NCBI RefSeq assembly: GCF_000142905.1
Contig: NW_013657662.1
Coordinates: 186,001-250,000, forward strand
Source of the DNA: Thecamonas trahens ATCC 50062
Lineage: Eukaryota > Protista > Apusomonadida
Length of the DNA stretch: 64,000 nt
Direction of reading: 5' to 3'
Made by a program: the position numbers and the translations under genes. The notes under the pieces are model-generated. The model saw only the letters and a list, made by a program, of their open reading frames with translations. It was not told the origin of the DNA and did no database searches. This document shows positions 33,745 through 45,449 of the stretch, one piece after another (position 1 is the stretch's first letter; the number at the start of each line of letters is the position of its first letter).

Positions 33745-34631
33745 ACTCATCCGAGTCGGCCACCTCGCGGCGCGCCGCCGAAGCTTCAGCTGCCACCCGC
33801 GACTTTAAGCGGTACTTTGAGGCGGCATTTGGCGAGAAGTTTGGATCGTCGGCCGACTCGACCATCTCGTCGTCGTCGTCGGTCACGGCGCGGACAATGG
33901 TCTCGAGCTCGGCCTCGGCCTCGGACTCGGGCTCCAGCTCGGCCTCGGGTTCGGACTCGGCCTCGGCCTCGTCGTCATACAGTTTCGATGGTTCTTTGTA
34001 CTCGGCGGCGTCATCGACAATGTCAGTGGTCACCGACTCGGGTGCCCGCTCTGGCTCGTCAGCGCCGTGGAACGCCGATCTTGATGCATCATCCAAGGCA
34101 AGTCCGGACAAGAAGAGCAAGCGCGGGGAAAAGGGCAACGACAGTGCAAAGTCCAAGGCAAAGTCCAAGGCCAAGTCCAAGTCCAAGGCCAAGTCCAAGG
34201 CCAAGTCCAAGGCCAAGTCCAAGGCTAAGATCAAATCAAAGCCAAAGCCAAAGACGGGCAACGCTGGCGAAAGCCCGGCAAAGACCAAGCGGCGTCGCCG
34301 AAGTGCCCAGGCTTCACCGGAAGCAAAGGCTAAGACTGACAAGGCCGGCAGTGGACGGAGGCGGCGAAGCAAGGGCGACAAAGGTAAGGCTCGGCGGAAG
34401 CGCAGGTCGCGCAAGAGCGGTGGTGCGCCGGAGACGGACGAGCTGCCTCACAGCAAGAGCAAGCGCAGGAGCAAGGGCCGGAAGCGACGATCGCGTAAGC
34501 GTGTCGACGCCGGCTCCGTACCTGAGAGCGATGGGAAGAAGGGCCGGCGCCGGCGGCGCAGCCGCAGCGGCAGCAAGGGCGAGTCACCGTCCAAGAAGGA
34601 GCGGTCACGGCCAAAGCGGAGCTCCGGGTGA
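32577..34631 (+). CDS. Coiled-coil protein with GS repeat, Ser-rich region and highly basic Lys/Arg tail
   Basis: ORF from ATG 32577 (MSATIQQQL) with heptads, (GS)n at 33660-33745 and KSKA repeats. Confidence 0.65.
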
Positions 34632-34673
34632 CAGTGAACATGGTGTTTATCTCTGCCTCACAGTGTCTATAAT

Positions 34674-35282
34674 CTAGACGCCACCAGCCTGGGCACCTCC
34701 TGCACCGCCGCCCTCGACAAGGCCAGGAACAGCGATGCCGAGGAACTCGCAGGCGTTGAGGCCAGCAGCAGGCAGCTGGAAGAGGAAGAAGCCGACAACA
34801 ACAAGGGCAAACGAGTAGCCGGCCTTGAACGAATCCTTGTAGCACTTGGTCGAGTACGAGATGATGCAGTAGAAGATCCACGCGATAAAGGTAAGGACAG
34901 CAAAGGCGGTCGAGAGTGCAAAGTTGAGCTTGGGCAGGAGAGCAGCGTCCAGCGGACCGACCTCCATCTCGACAGCCGCGATGGCGTTGGTGGCGATGGC
35001 GATGAGTCCCGGGAAGATGGCAAAGAGCAGGAAAGAGAAGGCAAAGCCACCGCCGTGCTTGATCTTCTTGCAGCTGCTGGCATCAGCCGAGTTCTCGCCG
35101 ATCTTGCTCAGCGAGTTACACGTCGACGTGCCCGGCGCCTCGACGCAGTACCGCAGGAGGCCGACGTCGACCTTTGCGCCGTTCTTGTCCGACGTCATCC
35201 ATCCGAGCGTGCCCATGCCGATTACCACAAACAGCCACGCCAGAAACAGCAGCGCGGCCACAACCACATTTCCGAGCTTCAT
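34674..35282 (-). CDS. Claudin/PMP22-like tetraspan membrane protein
   Basis: Four hydrophobic segments; first loop W..GLLRYC-x8-C resembles the claudin W-GLW-C-C signature. Confidence 0.65.
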   Translation of the reverse strand: MKLGNVVVAALLFLAWLFVVIGMGTLGWMTSDKNGAKVDVGLLRYCVEAPGTSTCNSLSKIGENSADASSCKKIKHGGGFAFSFLLFAIFPGLIAIATNAIAAVEMEVGPLDAALLPKLNFALSTAFAVLTFIAWIFYCIISYSTKCYKDSFKAGYSFALVVVGFFLFQLPAAGLNACEFLGIAVPGLVEGGGAGGAQAGGV

Positions 35283-35712
35283 CTATAACCCGTAGCGCAT
35301 GTGTGAGCCACTCTCATGTACCCTCCCTGGGACCACCCGCACAAGCGAGCCACGGACGCGCGCCAAGCCCGTGGCCGATCATCACCCCCCTCCCCTGACA
35401 GTCTCCTACACCGGACCCAAGACGCACATGCGTGCACATGCACACACACGCTTCCTCACGTTCCAACCCCTTCTATATATCTTGTCCACATCCCTCCTGC
35501 CTAGGCACATACCAGGGTCTTTTTGCTAGTGTAGTACTTCCAGATGCGACGAGGTGGTCGGAATAAAGAACGAGACAACGGCTGAATGAAATGAACGCGC
35601 GAACGAGCGGCAGCCAACGGATGAATGGGCCATGGGTGGAGACCGTTGGCGCCAACGCCCCGCCGACCACCCCACCTCAGTCACCACAGCCACCACAGCC
35701 TACCAAGGCCTG

Positions 35713-35715
<3 letters not shown>

Positions 35716-35765
<50 letters not shown>
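35716..35765. repeat. (CA)n microsatellite
   Basis: Continuous CA run upstream of the 35848 ATG. Confidence 0.95.
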
Positions 35766-35766
<1 letters not shown>

Positions 35767-35847
35767 GTACATATACACACACGCACACATATACTCTCAC
35801 ATACACATACAACTACCCGGGCACACCTCTCCTCCTGAAGCCCATCC

Positions 35848-38840
35848 ATGTCGTCACCACCGCAGCTGTACGACCAGGCGGCGGGTGCTGCCCCGACAGA
35901 GGCGCCCGCATCGCCAGCCCGCAAGCACAAGCACAAGCACAAGCGAAAGGGCAAGCGGAAGGACAAGAAAAAGTCTGCAACAGACCTTGTCTCCACGCCG
36001 CCGCCCGCACCAGCTGCACCGTCCGCAGCATCGCCCTCGCTCTCGCCGCCGCAAGAGCCCTCGCCCTCGCCCTCGCCCTCGCCACCGCGGCAGGCCAAGA
36101 AGACCAAGCCTGCTGGCGCTAGATCTGGCGCTGGCAATTCGGCGTTTGAGACGCTCTACCGCGACGCTCAGGAGCGCAAAACCCGCCGAGCTGAGCGCGC
36201 GGCAGCGGCGGCGGCAGCCAAGGGGACCCATCCGCGGTTCAAAGTCGGCGGGGTCTCGGCTCAACTGGCGGCCGAGATGTTTTCCGGTGAGACCTCACAC
36301 TTTGAGACGCTCTACGAGCAGGCACAAGAACGCCAGACACGCGAGGCCCAGCGTGCGGCTGAAGAAAAGGCCCGTCGTGAGGCCGAGGCCGACGCATTCT
36401 CGTTCAAGCCGCGCATCTCGCAGATGGCAGCATCGATCCAGGTCGCGGGATCGTTCGAGGAGCGCTCGGCGCGGTACGAGGCCGAGCGCGCGCGGCGGAT
36501 AGAAGAGCTGCAGCGGCGGGTCGAGGAAGACCGCAAGGCCCAGCTCACCTTTCAGCCGGACATCTCTGTCTCGCAAACCCAGGTGTCGGCGGCGGAGCGA
36601 AGCCGGCCGCGCGACGTGCTCGAGCACATGCGGACCGAAGAGCTGGCGACGCAGGACCACCTCCGCGAACTGGAAGCACGCTACTCAGAGACAGCCATGT
36701 ACCCGTTCCACCCCGAGATCTCGTCATACTCCAAGTCGCTGGTCCGGGACGGCGAGATCCACGAGCGGCTGTTTGAGGAAGCCAAGGCGCGGCAGGAGCG
36801 GCGTGAAATGCAGGCCCGCATCGCCGCTGTCAAAAGCGAGGCCGAAGAGTTCAGCCACTCGCCTAACATCCACCGGTATGCCGCCGACGACGGCAGCGGC
36901 AACAACTCGACCCGCCGCCTGATGAACGCTGTGCGGTCGTACCTGGCGGCGTCAACGTCCAACTCGGACGTGCGACTCTACGACGAGGCCAAGTTTATTC
37001 GCGTCAAGCGCCGTGTCGCCGCGGAGCGCCAGCGGACTCTCATCGCCCGCCATGCCGCCATGCCCAAGATCTCCAAGAACTCGATTGGCATCTTCCGCGG
37101 CAAGCTCTCTGCCCGGCTTGACGAGGTCTTTGACGCCCACGTCATTGACACCCACCTCTCGCTCGATGGTCTGAAGGCTTGCCTCGTTGACCTCAAGCTC
37201 TTCTCCGACCTCCCCGGCCGCTCGCTAACTATGCGGACCAACGAGGACGAGCTTGCGCTCGAACTGTTCAACTACCTCTCGCAGGCGTCGGGAGCGGTCG
37301 GCTCAACGAAGGAAGCCTTCTCGGCCTTTTCCTCAAGGCTTTTGACGTGGTCATGACCGCCGACCCGGTCCACACCTCCAAGCTCCGCATCTCGTCTCAG
37401 ATGCTAGGGCTTGAGAACAAGCCTCTGGCCAAGCCGCTGACCTCGATGCTGTACAACTTTAACGAGTCGCTCCCGACCGAGGCAGAGCCCGAGGATGCCT
37501 TCTCTCAGCTCCTCGAGTCGTTCCGCCAGCACTGCAAGAACGAGCTCGCTTTTGCCGTTGTCGCCACGCTCAAAGTCGGTCACATGGACGAGCAGCGCGC
37601 CAACGCGGCGACCGAGGACGCGCTCCGCGACTGCACCTTCCGGCCAACGATCAACAACACCTCGCGTGCCGACGGCGAGGCTGCATCGGTCGTCGACCCG
37701 CTCCTCTACGCACAAGAGCTCTACCGCAAGGCCCAAGAGGCCGAGGCCAAGAAAAAGGTCACCCGCATGGTCCACCTCCGCCGCGAGATGGCCGAGTGCA
37801 CCTTTAAGCCGGCCATCAACTCGGCGTCCAAGTCGTCAATCTCGGCCGCTGCCCGCCGCCACCTCCAGTCTAAGCACGACGTCGTCCACGCCGAGCAGAT
37901 CGAGGCCTACGCCGCCCGCGGCGCTGAGCGCAAGGCCGCTGTTGAGGTCGCTGTCGACAACGCCCGAACGCTTGCCGACTTGATTGCCCCGCTGCCTGGC
38001 AAAAAGAAGCCCGCCCGCCGCAAGCGCAGCTCACGCAAGCGCCCGTCTACAGCCTCGTCTGGCCGCGCCGGCTCGTACGCCGCTGCGCATGGCGGCAAGA
38101 AACGTCGCGCCCGCCGCAAGCGTGGCCGCAAGACATCTCGTCCCGCTACGGCCGAGCCCAAGGGCTACAAGGAGGCAGTCGAGCGGCTGCGCAAGGCCAA
38201 GGAGGTGCGAGAGGAGATCATGCTCCGCGAGGCTCCGCGCGGTGCCATGTTCTCCACTCAGTTTGCAGACACGCTAGCCCGCAAGTCGGCGGAGGCGCAG
38301 CTGGCGGCCAACACCTCCATCGAGGGCTTTGCCCCCCCTGCGTCGACCAACAGGCCCGTCCCTATCCAGCCCAAGGTTCGCAAGGTCACTGCCCATCTGC
38401 CCGACCTCCTCGTCGAGGTCAAGCTAGGGCCCGACCGCATTGCGCGCATTCCGCTCCGCCGGCGCGACGACCCGGCCAAGGTCGCACGCCAGTTCTCGCT
38501 CACTCACGGCCTCGACCGCGAGCTCCGCGCCAAGCTCGTCGTCGTCCTTAAGGCCGAGGTCGCCAAGCTCCTTCGCGACAGCCCCGCCGGTTCCGTTCCC
38601 GCTCCCGCTCCCGAGTTCGCCGCCCCGTCCGCCTCGGCCTCCGGCTCGGCGCCGGATTCTCCTCGTGCAGAGCCGCCGGTCCACGCCGTGCCCTCGTCGT
38701 CTACCGCCGGCGCCGGCACCGAGATCCCCAACTTTGCCGCCTCGTTCGGGCCCGAGCAGAGCCATGGCCGACGCGATGGCGGTCCACAGATTGAGCTTGA
38801 TGATCTGTCCGAGGACTCGTTTGAGTACGCCCTGGAGTAA
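35848..38840 (+). CDS. [CT]F.P.I-repeat coiled-coil protein (putative microtubule/cilium-associated); frameshift at 37327-37330
   Basis: Repeated FSFKPRIS/LTFQPDIS/YPFHPEIS/CTFRPTIN/CTFKPAIN and FETLY/HERLF motifs. ORFs 35848-37356 and 37347-38840 fuse with one extra T (SAFFLKAFDVVM). Confidence 0.65.
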
Positions 38841-38977
38841 CACTCGTTTGAATGCGCGCCTGGAGTAACACCCGTGTCTTGTTGCTAGCGCCCGAGGTGG
38901 GAACCGACGGTGGGCCGCTTGCCGGCGGCCGGCAGGCTACGGCGGCGAGTAACACCTCTCGCACGACAGCTACCAGT

Positions 38978-41641
38978 ATGAGTGGAAACGGGAGCGGTGG
39001 GAGCGGTGGGGGTGGAGCGTCCAACGTGCACGTGGTGTGTCGGTTTCGGCCCATGGACGCACGCGAGGCGGCGGCAGGCTCTGTGGCTGCGGCGCGGCTC
39101 GACGAGGAGAGCGGGCAGGTGGTGTACGGCCTGCACGAGTACGACCAGCTGACGTTTGCGTATGACAAGGTGTTTGGGCCTGGTGCAAGCCAGGAAGCGG
39201 TGTATACCCAGACAGCGCGACCCATTGTGGAGGACGTGCTTGCCGGATACAACGGGACGGTCTTTGCCTACGGGCAGACTGGATCGGGCAAGACCCACAC
39301 CATGGAGGGGCCGGACATCGCCTCGCCCGAGCTCAAGGGCATCATTCCGCGCATGGTCGAGGACATATTCGACGCCATTCTCGATGCAGACGCAAAGTAC
39401 GAGTTCACCGTCCGCGTCTCGTACTTTGAAATCTATCTCGAGCGGCTGCGCGATCTGCTCAATCCAGCCGGCGCCGACCTCGCCATTCGCCAGGACGTCC
39501 GCCGTGGTGTCTACGTCGAGGGCCTCACCGAGGTATACGTCTCGTCGGTTGACGAAGTCATGGCCATCATGGCTGAAGGCGCTTCGAACCGTGCTGTCGG
39601 AGCCACCCAGATGAACGCCCAGTCGTCGCGCTCGCACTCGCTGCTCACCATCGAGGTTGCCGCCAAGGACACCGTCAGCCTCGCGTCGTCGACAGGCAAG
39701 CTCACACTCATCGATCTTGCAGGCTCCGAAAAAGTCTCCAAAACCGGCGCAGAGGGTACCACCTTTACCGAGGCCAAGAACATCAACCTCTCGCTCACCA
39801 CCCTTGGCCTTGTCATCAACGCCCTCACCGATCCCAGCGCCTCGCACATCCCCTACCGCAACTCGAAGCTCACCCGCGTCCTCTCCGAGTCGCTCGGTGG
39901 CAATGCCAAGACCACCCTCATCATCAACTGCTCGCTTGCCTCGTTCAATGCTGACGAGACGCTCTCGACGCTCCGCTTCGGCTCGCGGGCCAAGCGCATC
40001 CAGAACAAGGTCTCGCTCAACGTCGAACGTGCGCCCGCTGAGCTTGAAGCCATCATTAAGGAGCAGACTGCCATCATCGAGCGCCTTCAGGCTCGGTTGG
40101 CCGGGTGCGTCTGTGGCTCGGCAGTGGTTGGAGCCGACAAGAAGGGGGAATCCGAGCCTGAGCGGGAGGGCATCCCCGCGCTCGCCCCCTCACTCGCTCC
40201 TACACTCGCCCCCTCGACTGCCGCACCTCAGTCGGTCGTCGTCGCGGAAGCCACTGAGGCTTCCGCAGCGGACGAGTCTGTCACTGACGACGATGGCGCG
40301 GCCGATCAGGTTGCCATGCTCCTGGACGAGATCGAGCGGCTGCAGACCGAGAACACCCGACTCAGCGAGACGCAAGATGCGCTCCTCTCGCTCCTTGATG
40401 AGCAAGTGGCCGGCGAGGGTGTGGCAACCGTTCAAGCTGCCCCTGACACCATCGTCAGTCACGTGCGCAACACGGACAAAGTCGTCGCCGGAGACGAGCC
40501 TGTCGCCCCGGAGCCGGATGCCTCCACAGCCGCGTCCGATGCTGCGAGGCTTGCCGACGCTGAGGCGCTCTCTGCCGCGAAGCTTGCCGCCGTCGAACTC
40601 AAAGCCGAGAAGGACACGCTGCTCGCCCTCAAGACCGAACTTGAGGACGAAGTTGTGGCCATGCACGAAGCATTGGCGGCGCTGAACGAGCAGTTGGCGG
40701 CAGCCGAGGGCAAGAACGACGAGTTTACGGCGCAGCGCGAGGCGCTCATCCAGCGGTTGGCCGAGGCCGAGGGCTCTGCAGCGCGCGCAGCGGCCGAGCT
40801 GTGCGAGTCGCGCGCCGACGCCGCAGAGCTCGCCCAGCTCTCCGCTGACAATGAGGACGAGCTGCGGAAGGAGCTCCAGGCGGCGCAGACCGAGCGGGAT
40901 GTGGCCTCGGAGCAGGCGACCGCGTTGGCGGCCGAGGTCAAGGCGCTCGAGAACGAGATTTCTGAAACGACAGCTCGGTATGAGACCGTGCTAGGTGCCG
41001 AGCAGCAGGAGGTTGTGGCGCGGATGACCGGCCTCGAGACCAAGATCCAGCAGCTGTCGGCAGCCAATCTCAAGCTGCTCGGCGAGCTCAACAAGCTCAA
41101 AGACGTCGGGCTCGGGTGGAAGACCAAGATGCTTGCGCAGCAGGAGCGGATGGAGCAGGTTGAGGAGCAACTGCTGCGCTTGCAGCGCGAGTACGCGCTG
41201 CAGGCGCAAGAGTACGAGGCACAGCTTGCAGCACTCGGCCGCGGCCGCAGCCGCAACATCGCCAAGCCCATCCGTGGCGGCGGCGGAAAGGCCCGTCCCG
41301 CTCCTCCGGCCAGCTCCTCGCCTGCCGCCGCAAGCCCGGGCGCGGCCATCCAGCCGTCGCCGCGGTTTGTGGTCAAGTCCGGTCGTCCGACGGCCAAACG
41401 GTCGTTCCTTGGCCGGCTGTTCGGTATTGGCAGCTCGAGCAAGGGCGGAGCGGCTGCATCGCCACGCCCGTCGGTGTCGCCAGCGTCACCAGCGCAGAGC
41501 GCACCTGTTCTTGCGCCGGCGACCAGGCCGCAGCGAGGCTCGACGCCGCGCCGCAACTCTCAGTCGAGCCGCAGTGCGAGTGTAGCTGGCCGCGGGCGGG
41601 CCGACTCACCGTCGGTCGACCAGCTGCTCGGTTGCGAGTAG
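38978..41641 (+). CDS. Kinesin-1 heavy chain (conventional kinesin)
   Basis: GQTGSGKT P-loop, NAQSSRSH, DLAGSE, HIPYRNSKLTR, coiled stalk and the autoinhibitory tail motif NIAKPIRGGG. Confidence 0.92.
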   Translation: MSGNGSGGSGGGGASNVHVVCRFRPMDAREAAAGSVAAARLDEESGQVVYGLHEYDQLTFAYDKVFGPGASQEAVYTQTARPIVEDVLAGYNGTVFAYGQTGSGKTHTMEGPDIASPELKGIIPRMVEDIFDAILDADAKYEFTVRVSYFEIYLERLRDLLNPAGADLAIRQDVRRGVYVEGLTEVYVSSVDEVMAIMAEGASNRAVGATQMNAQSSRSHSLLTIEVAAKDTVSLASSTGKLTLIDLAGSEKVSKTGAEGTTFTEAKNINLSLTTLGLVINALTDPSASHIPYRNSKLTRVLSESLGGNAKTTLIINCSLASFNADETLSTLRFGSRAKRIQNKVSLNVERAPAELEAIIKEQTAIIERLQARLAGCVCGSAVVGADKKGESEPEREGIPALAPSLAPTLAPSTAAPQSVVVAEATEASAADESVTDDDGAADQVAMLLDEIERLQTENTRLSETQDALLSLLDEQVAGEGVATVQAAPDTIVSHVRNTDKVVAGDEPVAPEPDASTAASDAARLADAEALSAAKLAAVELKAEKDTLLALKTELEDEVVAMHEALAALNEQLAAAEGKNDEFTAQREALIQRLAEAEGSAARAAAELCESRADAAELAQLSADNEDELRKELQAAQTERDVASEQATALAAEVKALENEISETTARYETVLGAEQQEVVARMTGLETKIQQLSAANLKLLGELNKLKDVGLGWKTKMLAQQERMEQVEEQLLRLQREYALQAQEYEAQLAALGRGRSRNIAKPIRGGGGKARPAPPASSSPAAASPGAAIQPSPRFVVKSGRPTAKRSFLGRLFGIGSSSKGGAAASPRPSVSPASPAQSAPVLAPATRPQRGSTPRRNSQSSRSASVAGRGRADSPSVDQLLGCE

Positions 41642-41647
41642 TGGCAC

Positions 41648-42233
41648 TCAAACGGTGTGGGCATCGCTCTGGAGGTCCATCTTAGCCAGAGCCTTCGAGA
41701 CCTTGGTGGCGGTAAAGAGGCAGCCGCCGATGCAGACGGTGGCCATGCCCATGTAGCCCCAGACAGCAGAGAGGCCACCATCTGCGACATCGCCTCCATC
41801 GCTGCTGACGGCGGTACCTGCCGCGGTTGCATCTCGCCCGGCACTGCCTGCGGCGGCTGCAGGAGGAGGCTCACCGGCATCCCCGGTAGGCGCACCCGTG
41901 TATTGCATGGTGAGGACGATGGTGCCGCCGATGCAGATGAACAGGATCCACACCATGTGGCGCAGCATAAAGGTGAGCGCCCGTCCAGCCAAAGTGCTCC
42001 CCACAGCTGCAGCGGGGCGCGGACGGGCGGGACGAGCAGGGCGCATGCGAGGAAGAGGGTGGGGAGAGGGGGCGTGGGTCGAGGGCGAGGTGTGGGAGGG
42101 GGGAGGGGGAAGGGGAGGGGGAGGGGGGGGAGGGGGAGGGGAGGGGGGGGGGGGGGGGGGTGAGACCGGTGGAAGGCGGAATCGGTAGCGGTGGCGGTGC
42201 CACGGCAGCAGACACCAGCTGCCAACCTGGCAT
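41648..42233 (-). CDS. Small two-TM protein (weak FUN14-like resemblance); exons 42233-42167 and 42006-41648
   Basis: Phase-1 GT...CAG intron with poly-C tract joins the frames; hydrophobic segments MVWILFICIGGTIVL and VWGYMGMATVCIGGCLF. Confidence 0.5.
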
Positions 42234-42292
42234 GGGCAGGGGCAGGGTGGAGGCAGGGGTGGGCAAGGCGGAACTGCAGCCGCACCACCCCT

Positions 42293-42296
<4 letters not shown>

Positions 42297-42375
<79 letters not shown>
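42297..42375. repeat. (CA)n microsatellite in divergent intergenic region
   Basis: About 39 CA units. Confidence 0.95.
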
Positions 42376-42377
<2 letters not shown>

Positions 42378-42422
42378 CCCCTTCCCCCCCCTCTCCTCCC
42401 CCCCCCCTCGCCCGCACACACC

Positions 42423-43579
42423 ATGGTCGCCGTCTCGCGCATGGACGAGTTCCGCGAGCGTGTCTCGTACAACATGCAACAGCAGCCCGCAGGCTCGGCG
42501 CAAGACCCTCTGCTGGGTCGCAAGTCGCAGCACTCGCACTTTTTCCATCTCTCGCGTACGTACAGGTCGTACATGCCGAAGGGAGGCGGACGGGGTGGGC
42601 GGGTGGGCGGGCGGGCGGGCGGGAGAGGGAGAGAGAGAGGAAGAGGGAGGAGATGGGGGTGGAGGTACACATCGCAAACCCCGTCATGGACTCACATCCA
42701 CGGATACGCTGGCTTGGGGGTGCCCCTTGACTCGGACACGGGCTTGTGTGGTCGTGGCGGGCTGCAGGTGAGATCGGCCAAGACATCCGACGGACGACCC
42801 GGGAGCTGGATGAGCTGGCCAAGGTGGCGCAGAAGAAGACCTTGTTTGACGACCCGACAGTCCAGATTCAGGAGCGAACGGCGGCGATCAAGCGGACGAT
42901 CAACGAGCTCAATGCCAAGATCAAGAACTTGCAGACGCTGCAGGCACAGCAGGCAGCAGGCGGCAGCGCGTCGAAGCAGGCTAACTCGCACTCGTCCAAC
43001 GTGGTCTCGCTGCTCAAGACAAAGCTCGCGGTCACCGGCCAGTCCCTGCAATCGGTCCTCAAGTCGCGCAACAAGATCATGCTCGCGCAGAAGGAGCGGC
43101 TCGAGGCCCTGCATGCCCGGCCTGAGCCGCGCGCCCGCCCGGCCTCATCGCTCTTTGGCGGTGCTGGCGCCGGCTCTGGCCGTCAGTCGCCCGCAGGCTT
43201 TGGCGCTGCGGACGACAGCGAGCCCCACGACGCAGTCGCCATCGACATGTCGGGCTCTGGCCAGAGCCAGGCCCTTGCCACCGTCATGCGCTCCGGCTCG
43301 ACTTACTACCAGGACCGCGCCGCTGCCGTCGAAAATCTCGAGGGTGCCATCGAGGACGTCGCAGAGATGTTCTCGGAGTTTGCCGTCGTCCTCGAGCAGC
43401 AACGCGAGATGGTTATGCGTATCGACGAGAACGTCGACGCGGCCCTTGGCGACGTCGAGATCGGCCAATCGGAGCTCGTCAAGTACTACAAGAGCATATC
43501 TTCGAACCGCGGACTCATGTTCAAGATCTTTCTTGTCCTTCTGGCCTTTGTCGTCTTCTTTGTCGTCTTTGTCGCCTAG
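42423..43579 (+). CDS. STX5: Syntaxin-5 (Sed5) Qa-SNARE; exons 42423-42555 and 42768-43579
   Basis: SRMDEF N-peptide; EIGQDI..L.KVAQKKTLFDD; SNARE YYQDRA.AVENLE..I..MF....QQREMVMRIDENV; SSNRGLMFKIF followed by a C-terminal TM. Confidence 0.92.
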
Positions 43580-43654
43580 CCCGCGTCGCCTGCCACGTCG
43601 CCTGCCGCGTCGCCGTAGACGGTTCGATCGAGCCATCCTCGCAATTGAAGCGCA

Positions 43655-43686
43655 CCACACCACACACACACACACACACACACACG
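43655..43686. repeat. (CA)n microsatellite
   Basis: CA run upstream of the MFS gene. Confidence 0.85.
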
Positions 43687-43767
43687 CACCCGCTCTCACC
43701 GGAGTACCACGCAACTCCGGGACGCCTTGGCTCTCGGTTCCTCTGCCCCTCTCCCAACACACGATCC

Positions 43768-45426
43768 ATGTCGTCGTACGACTCTCTCGCCGAGGCTGAG
43801 CTGCTGGCCTCGGGCGGCGCAGCGGGCGCGGCTGCGGCTGCGGCGGCAGCAGCCGAGGACAAGGCCGCGGTGGCGGCAGCAGCGGCCGAGGCGCACAAGG
43901 CACAGCGCGGATTCATCATGCCGTACTACCGGCTGCTGCGGGACAACCGTGGGTTCAGGCGGCTATATGCGGCGTCGTTTGTCTCGACCTTTGGCGACTG
44001 GTTCAACTACATTGCCTCTCTGACGCTCATCACCTCGCTGGCAACGTCGCGCGGCACGGCCATCTCGATCTACCTCGTCTTGCGGCGCTTCCCACCACTG
44101 GTCTTTGTTCCGCTTGTCGGCTATCTTGCCGACTCGTTTGACCGCCGCCTGCTGATGATTGTCTCGGACCTCATCCGCATCGTTGTCGTCGCCGTCCTCC
44201 TCGTCCTCGCCATGATCCACAAGGCCTCGCTGCTCTGGCTCATCTACATCTGCGTCTTTCTGCACTTTTCCTTCGCCGCTCTGTTTGATCCGGCCCGCGC
44301 AGCCCTCGTTCCGCAACTTGTCTCTGCTGACTCGCTCCTCACCGCCAACGTTCTCGACGGCTCCACCCGCTACGCGCTGCTGTTCGTCGGCTCGTCCGTC
44401 GGTGGCATCGTCACCTCGTTCTTTGGCATCCAGGTCGACTACGTTCTCGACGGTGTCACCTTTCTGCTCTCCTCGTACCTTATCTGGCGACTGTGGGTCG
44501 AAGTCCCGCTCGAAGGCGATCCGGGCTATGTCGCGCTCGCGGACTCGGGCGACAACACCGCCGAAGCGAGTCTCTCCTCCTCCGACGTCGAGATCAATCT
44601 GGGCGGGCGGAGCAAGGACTCGGCTGCCAGCAACGATGGCGGTGACGCTGTCATCTTGGGCATCTCGTCCGACGAGGTCGAGGAGCAGGAGCACGCCGCA
44701 TTCGAGTACTCGCCGTCGTCAGAGGTCGAGCTCATGCCATTTGACACCGATGTCGAGAGCGGCAAGAGACCATTTGACTCGGACACGAGCGTGCTGGGCA
44801 AGATCAAGGGTGGCTTTGCGTTTTGGCTCCGCAACCCTTACATCCTCGCGCTCACGTGCATCCGTTCGCTGGTGGCGATCGGCGGCGGGTCGAACTTGCT
44901 CAACATTCTATTTGCCGAGGAAGTCTACCGGTTCTCGTTCGACCACGACGGCTCGCTCACGCTCGGCATCATGTATGCCGTCGTGGGTATGGGCGCGTTT
45001 GTGGGCCCGAACCTCGTCAAGCGGTTCACGCCACCGCACGACCAGGCGCGCGAGGTGGCCTTCATCGGCGCCATGGTGCTGATGAACATCGGCTCGTACG
45101 TGACGGCCTCGGTCCCGTCGTTCTACGTCTTCCTCCTCTCCAATCTTGTGCGGGTCGCCGGAGGCTCGACCATCATGACCATGGGATCTGCGCTGCTGCA
45201 GACCAAGGTGCCCAACGAGGTTCGCGGGCGGGTCTTTGCCATCGACATCTCGCTATTTACCCTCTCCTACACCACCGTGGTCGTCCTCGTCGGTCAGGCC
45301 ATCGACCACCTGCATTGGTCGCCTTTCAAGGTCCAGCTCTACATCTCGTTCGCCTACACCGGCATGTTTCTCCTCTGCGCACCGTACCTCAAGTTCTTTT
45401 CGCATCGCGATAGGCCAATCCGGTAA
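43768..45426 (+). CDS. MFS transporter, DHA3/MFS_3-like
   Basis: NRGFRRLYAASFVSTFGDWF, GYLADSFDRRLLMIVSDLIR, FDPARAALVPQLV, LQTKVPNEVRGRVFA; about 12 TMs. Confidence 0.85.
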   Translation: MSSYDSLAEAELLASGGAAGAAAAAAAAAEDKAAVAAAAAEAHKAQRGFIMPYYRLLRDNRGFRRLYAASFVSTFGDWFNYIASLTLITSLATSRGTAISIYLVLRRFPPLVFVPLVGYLADSFDRRLLMIVSDLIRIVVVAVLLVLAMIHKASLLWLIYICVFLHFSFAALFDPARAALVPQLVSADSLLTANVLDGSTRYALLFVGSSVGGIVTSFFGIQVDYVLDGVTFLLSSYLIWRLWVEVPLEGDPGYVALADSGDNTAEASLSSSDVEINLGGRSKDSAASNDGGDAVILGISSDEVEEQEHAAFEYSPSSEVELMPFDTDVESGKRPFDSDTSVLGKIKGGFAFWLRNPYILALTCIRSLVAIGGGSNLLNILFAEEVYRFSFDHDGSLTLGIMYAVVGMGAFVGPNLVKRFTPPHDQAREVAFIGAMVLMNIGSYVTASVPSFYVFLLSNLVRVAGGSTIMTMGSALLQTKVPNEVRGRVFAIDISLFTLSYTTVVVLVGQAIDHLHWSPFKVQLYISFAYTGMFLLCAPYLKFFSHRDRPIR

Positions 45427-45449
45427 AGGCAACGACGCACGGGGTGTGT

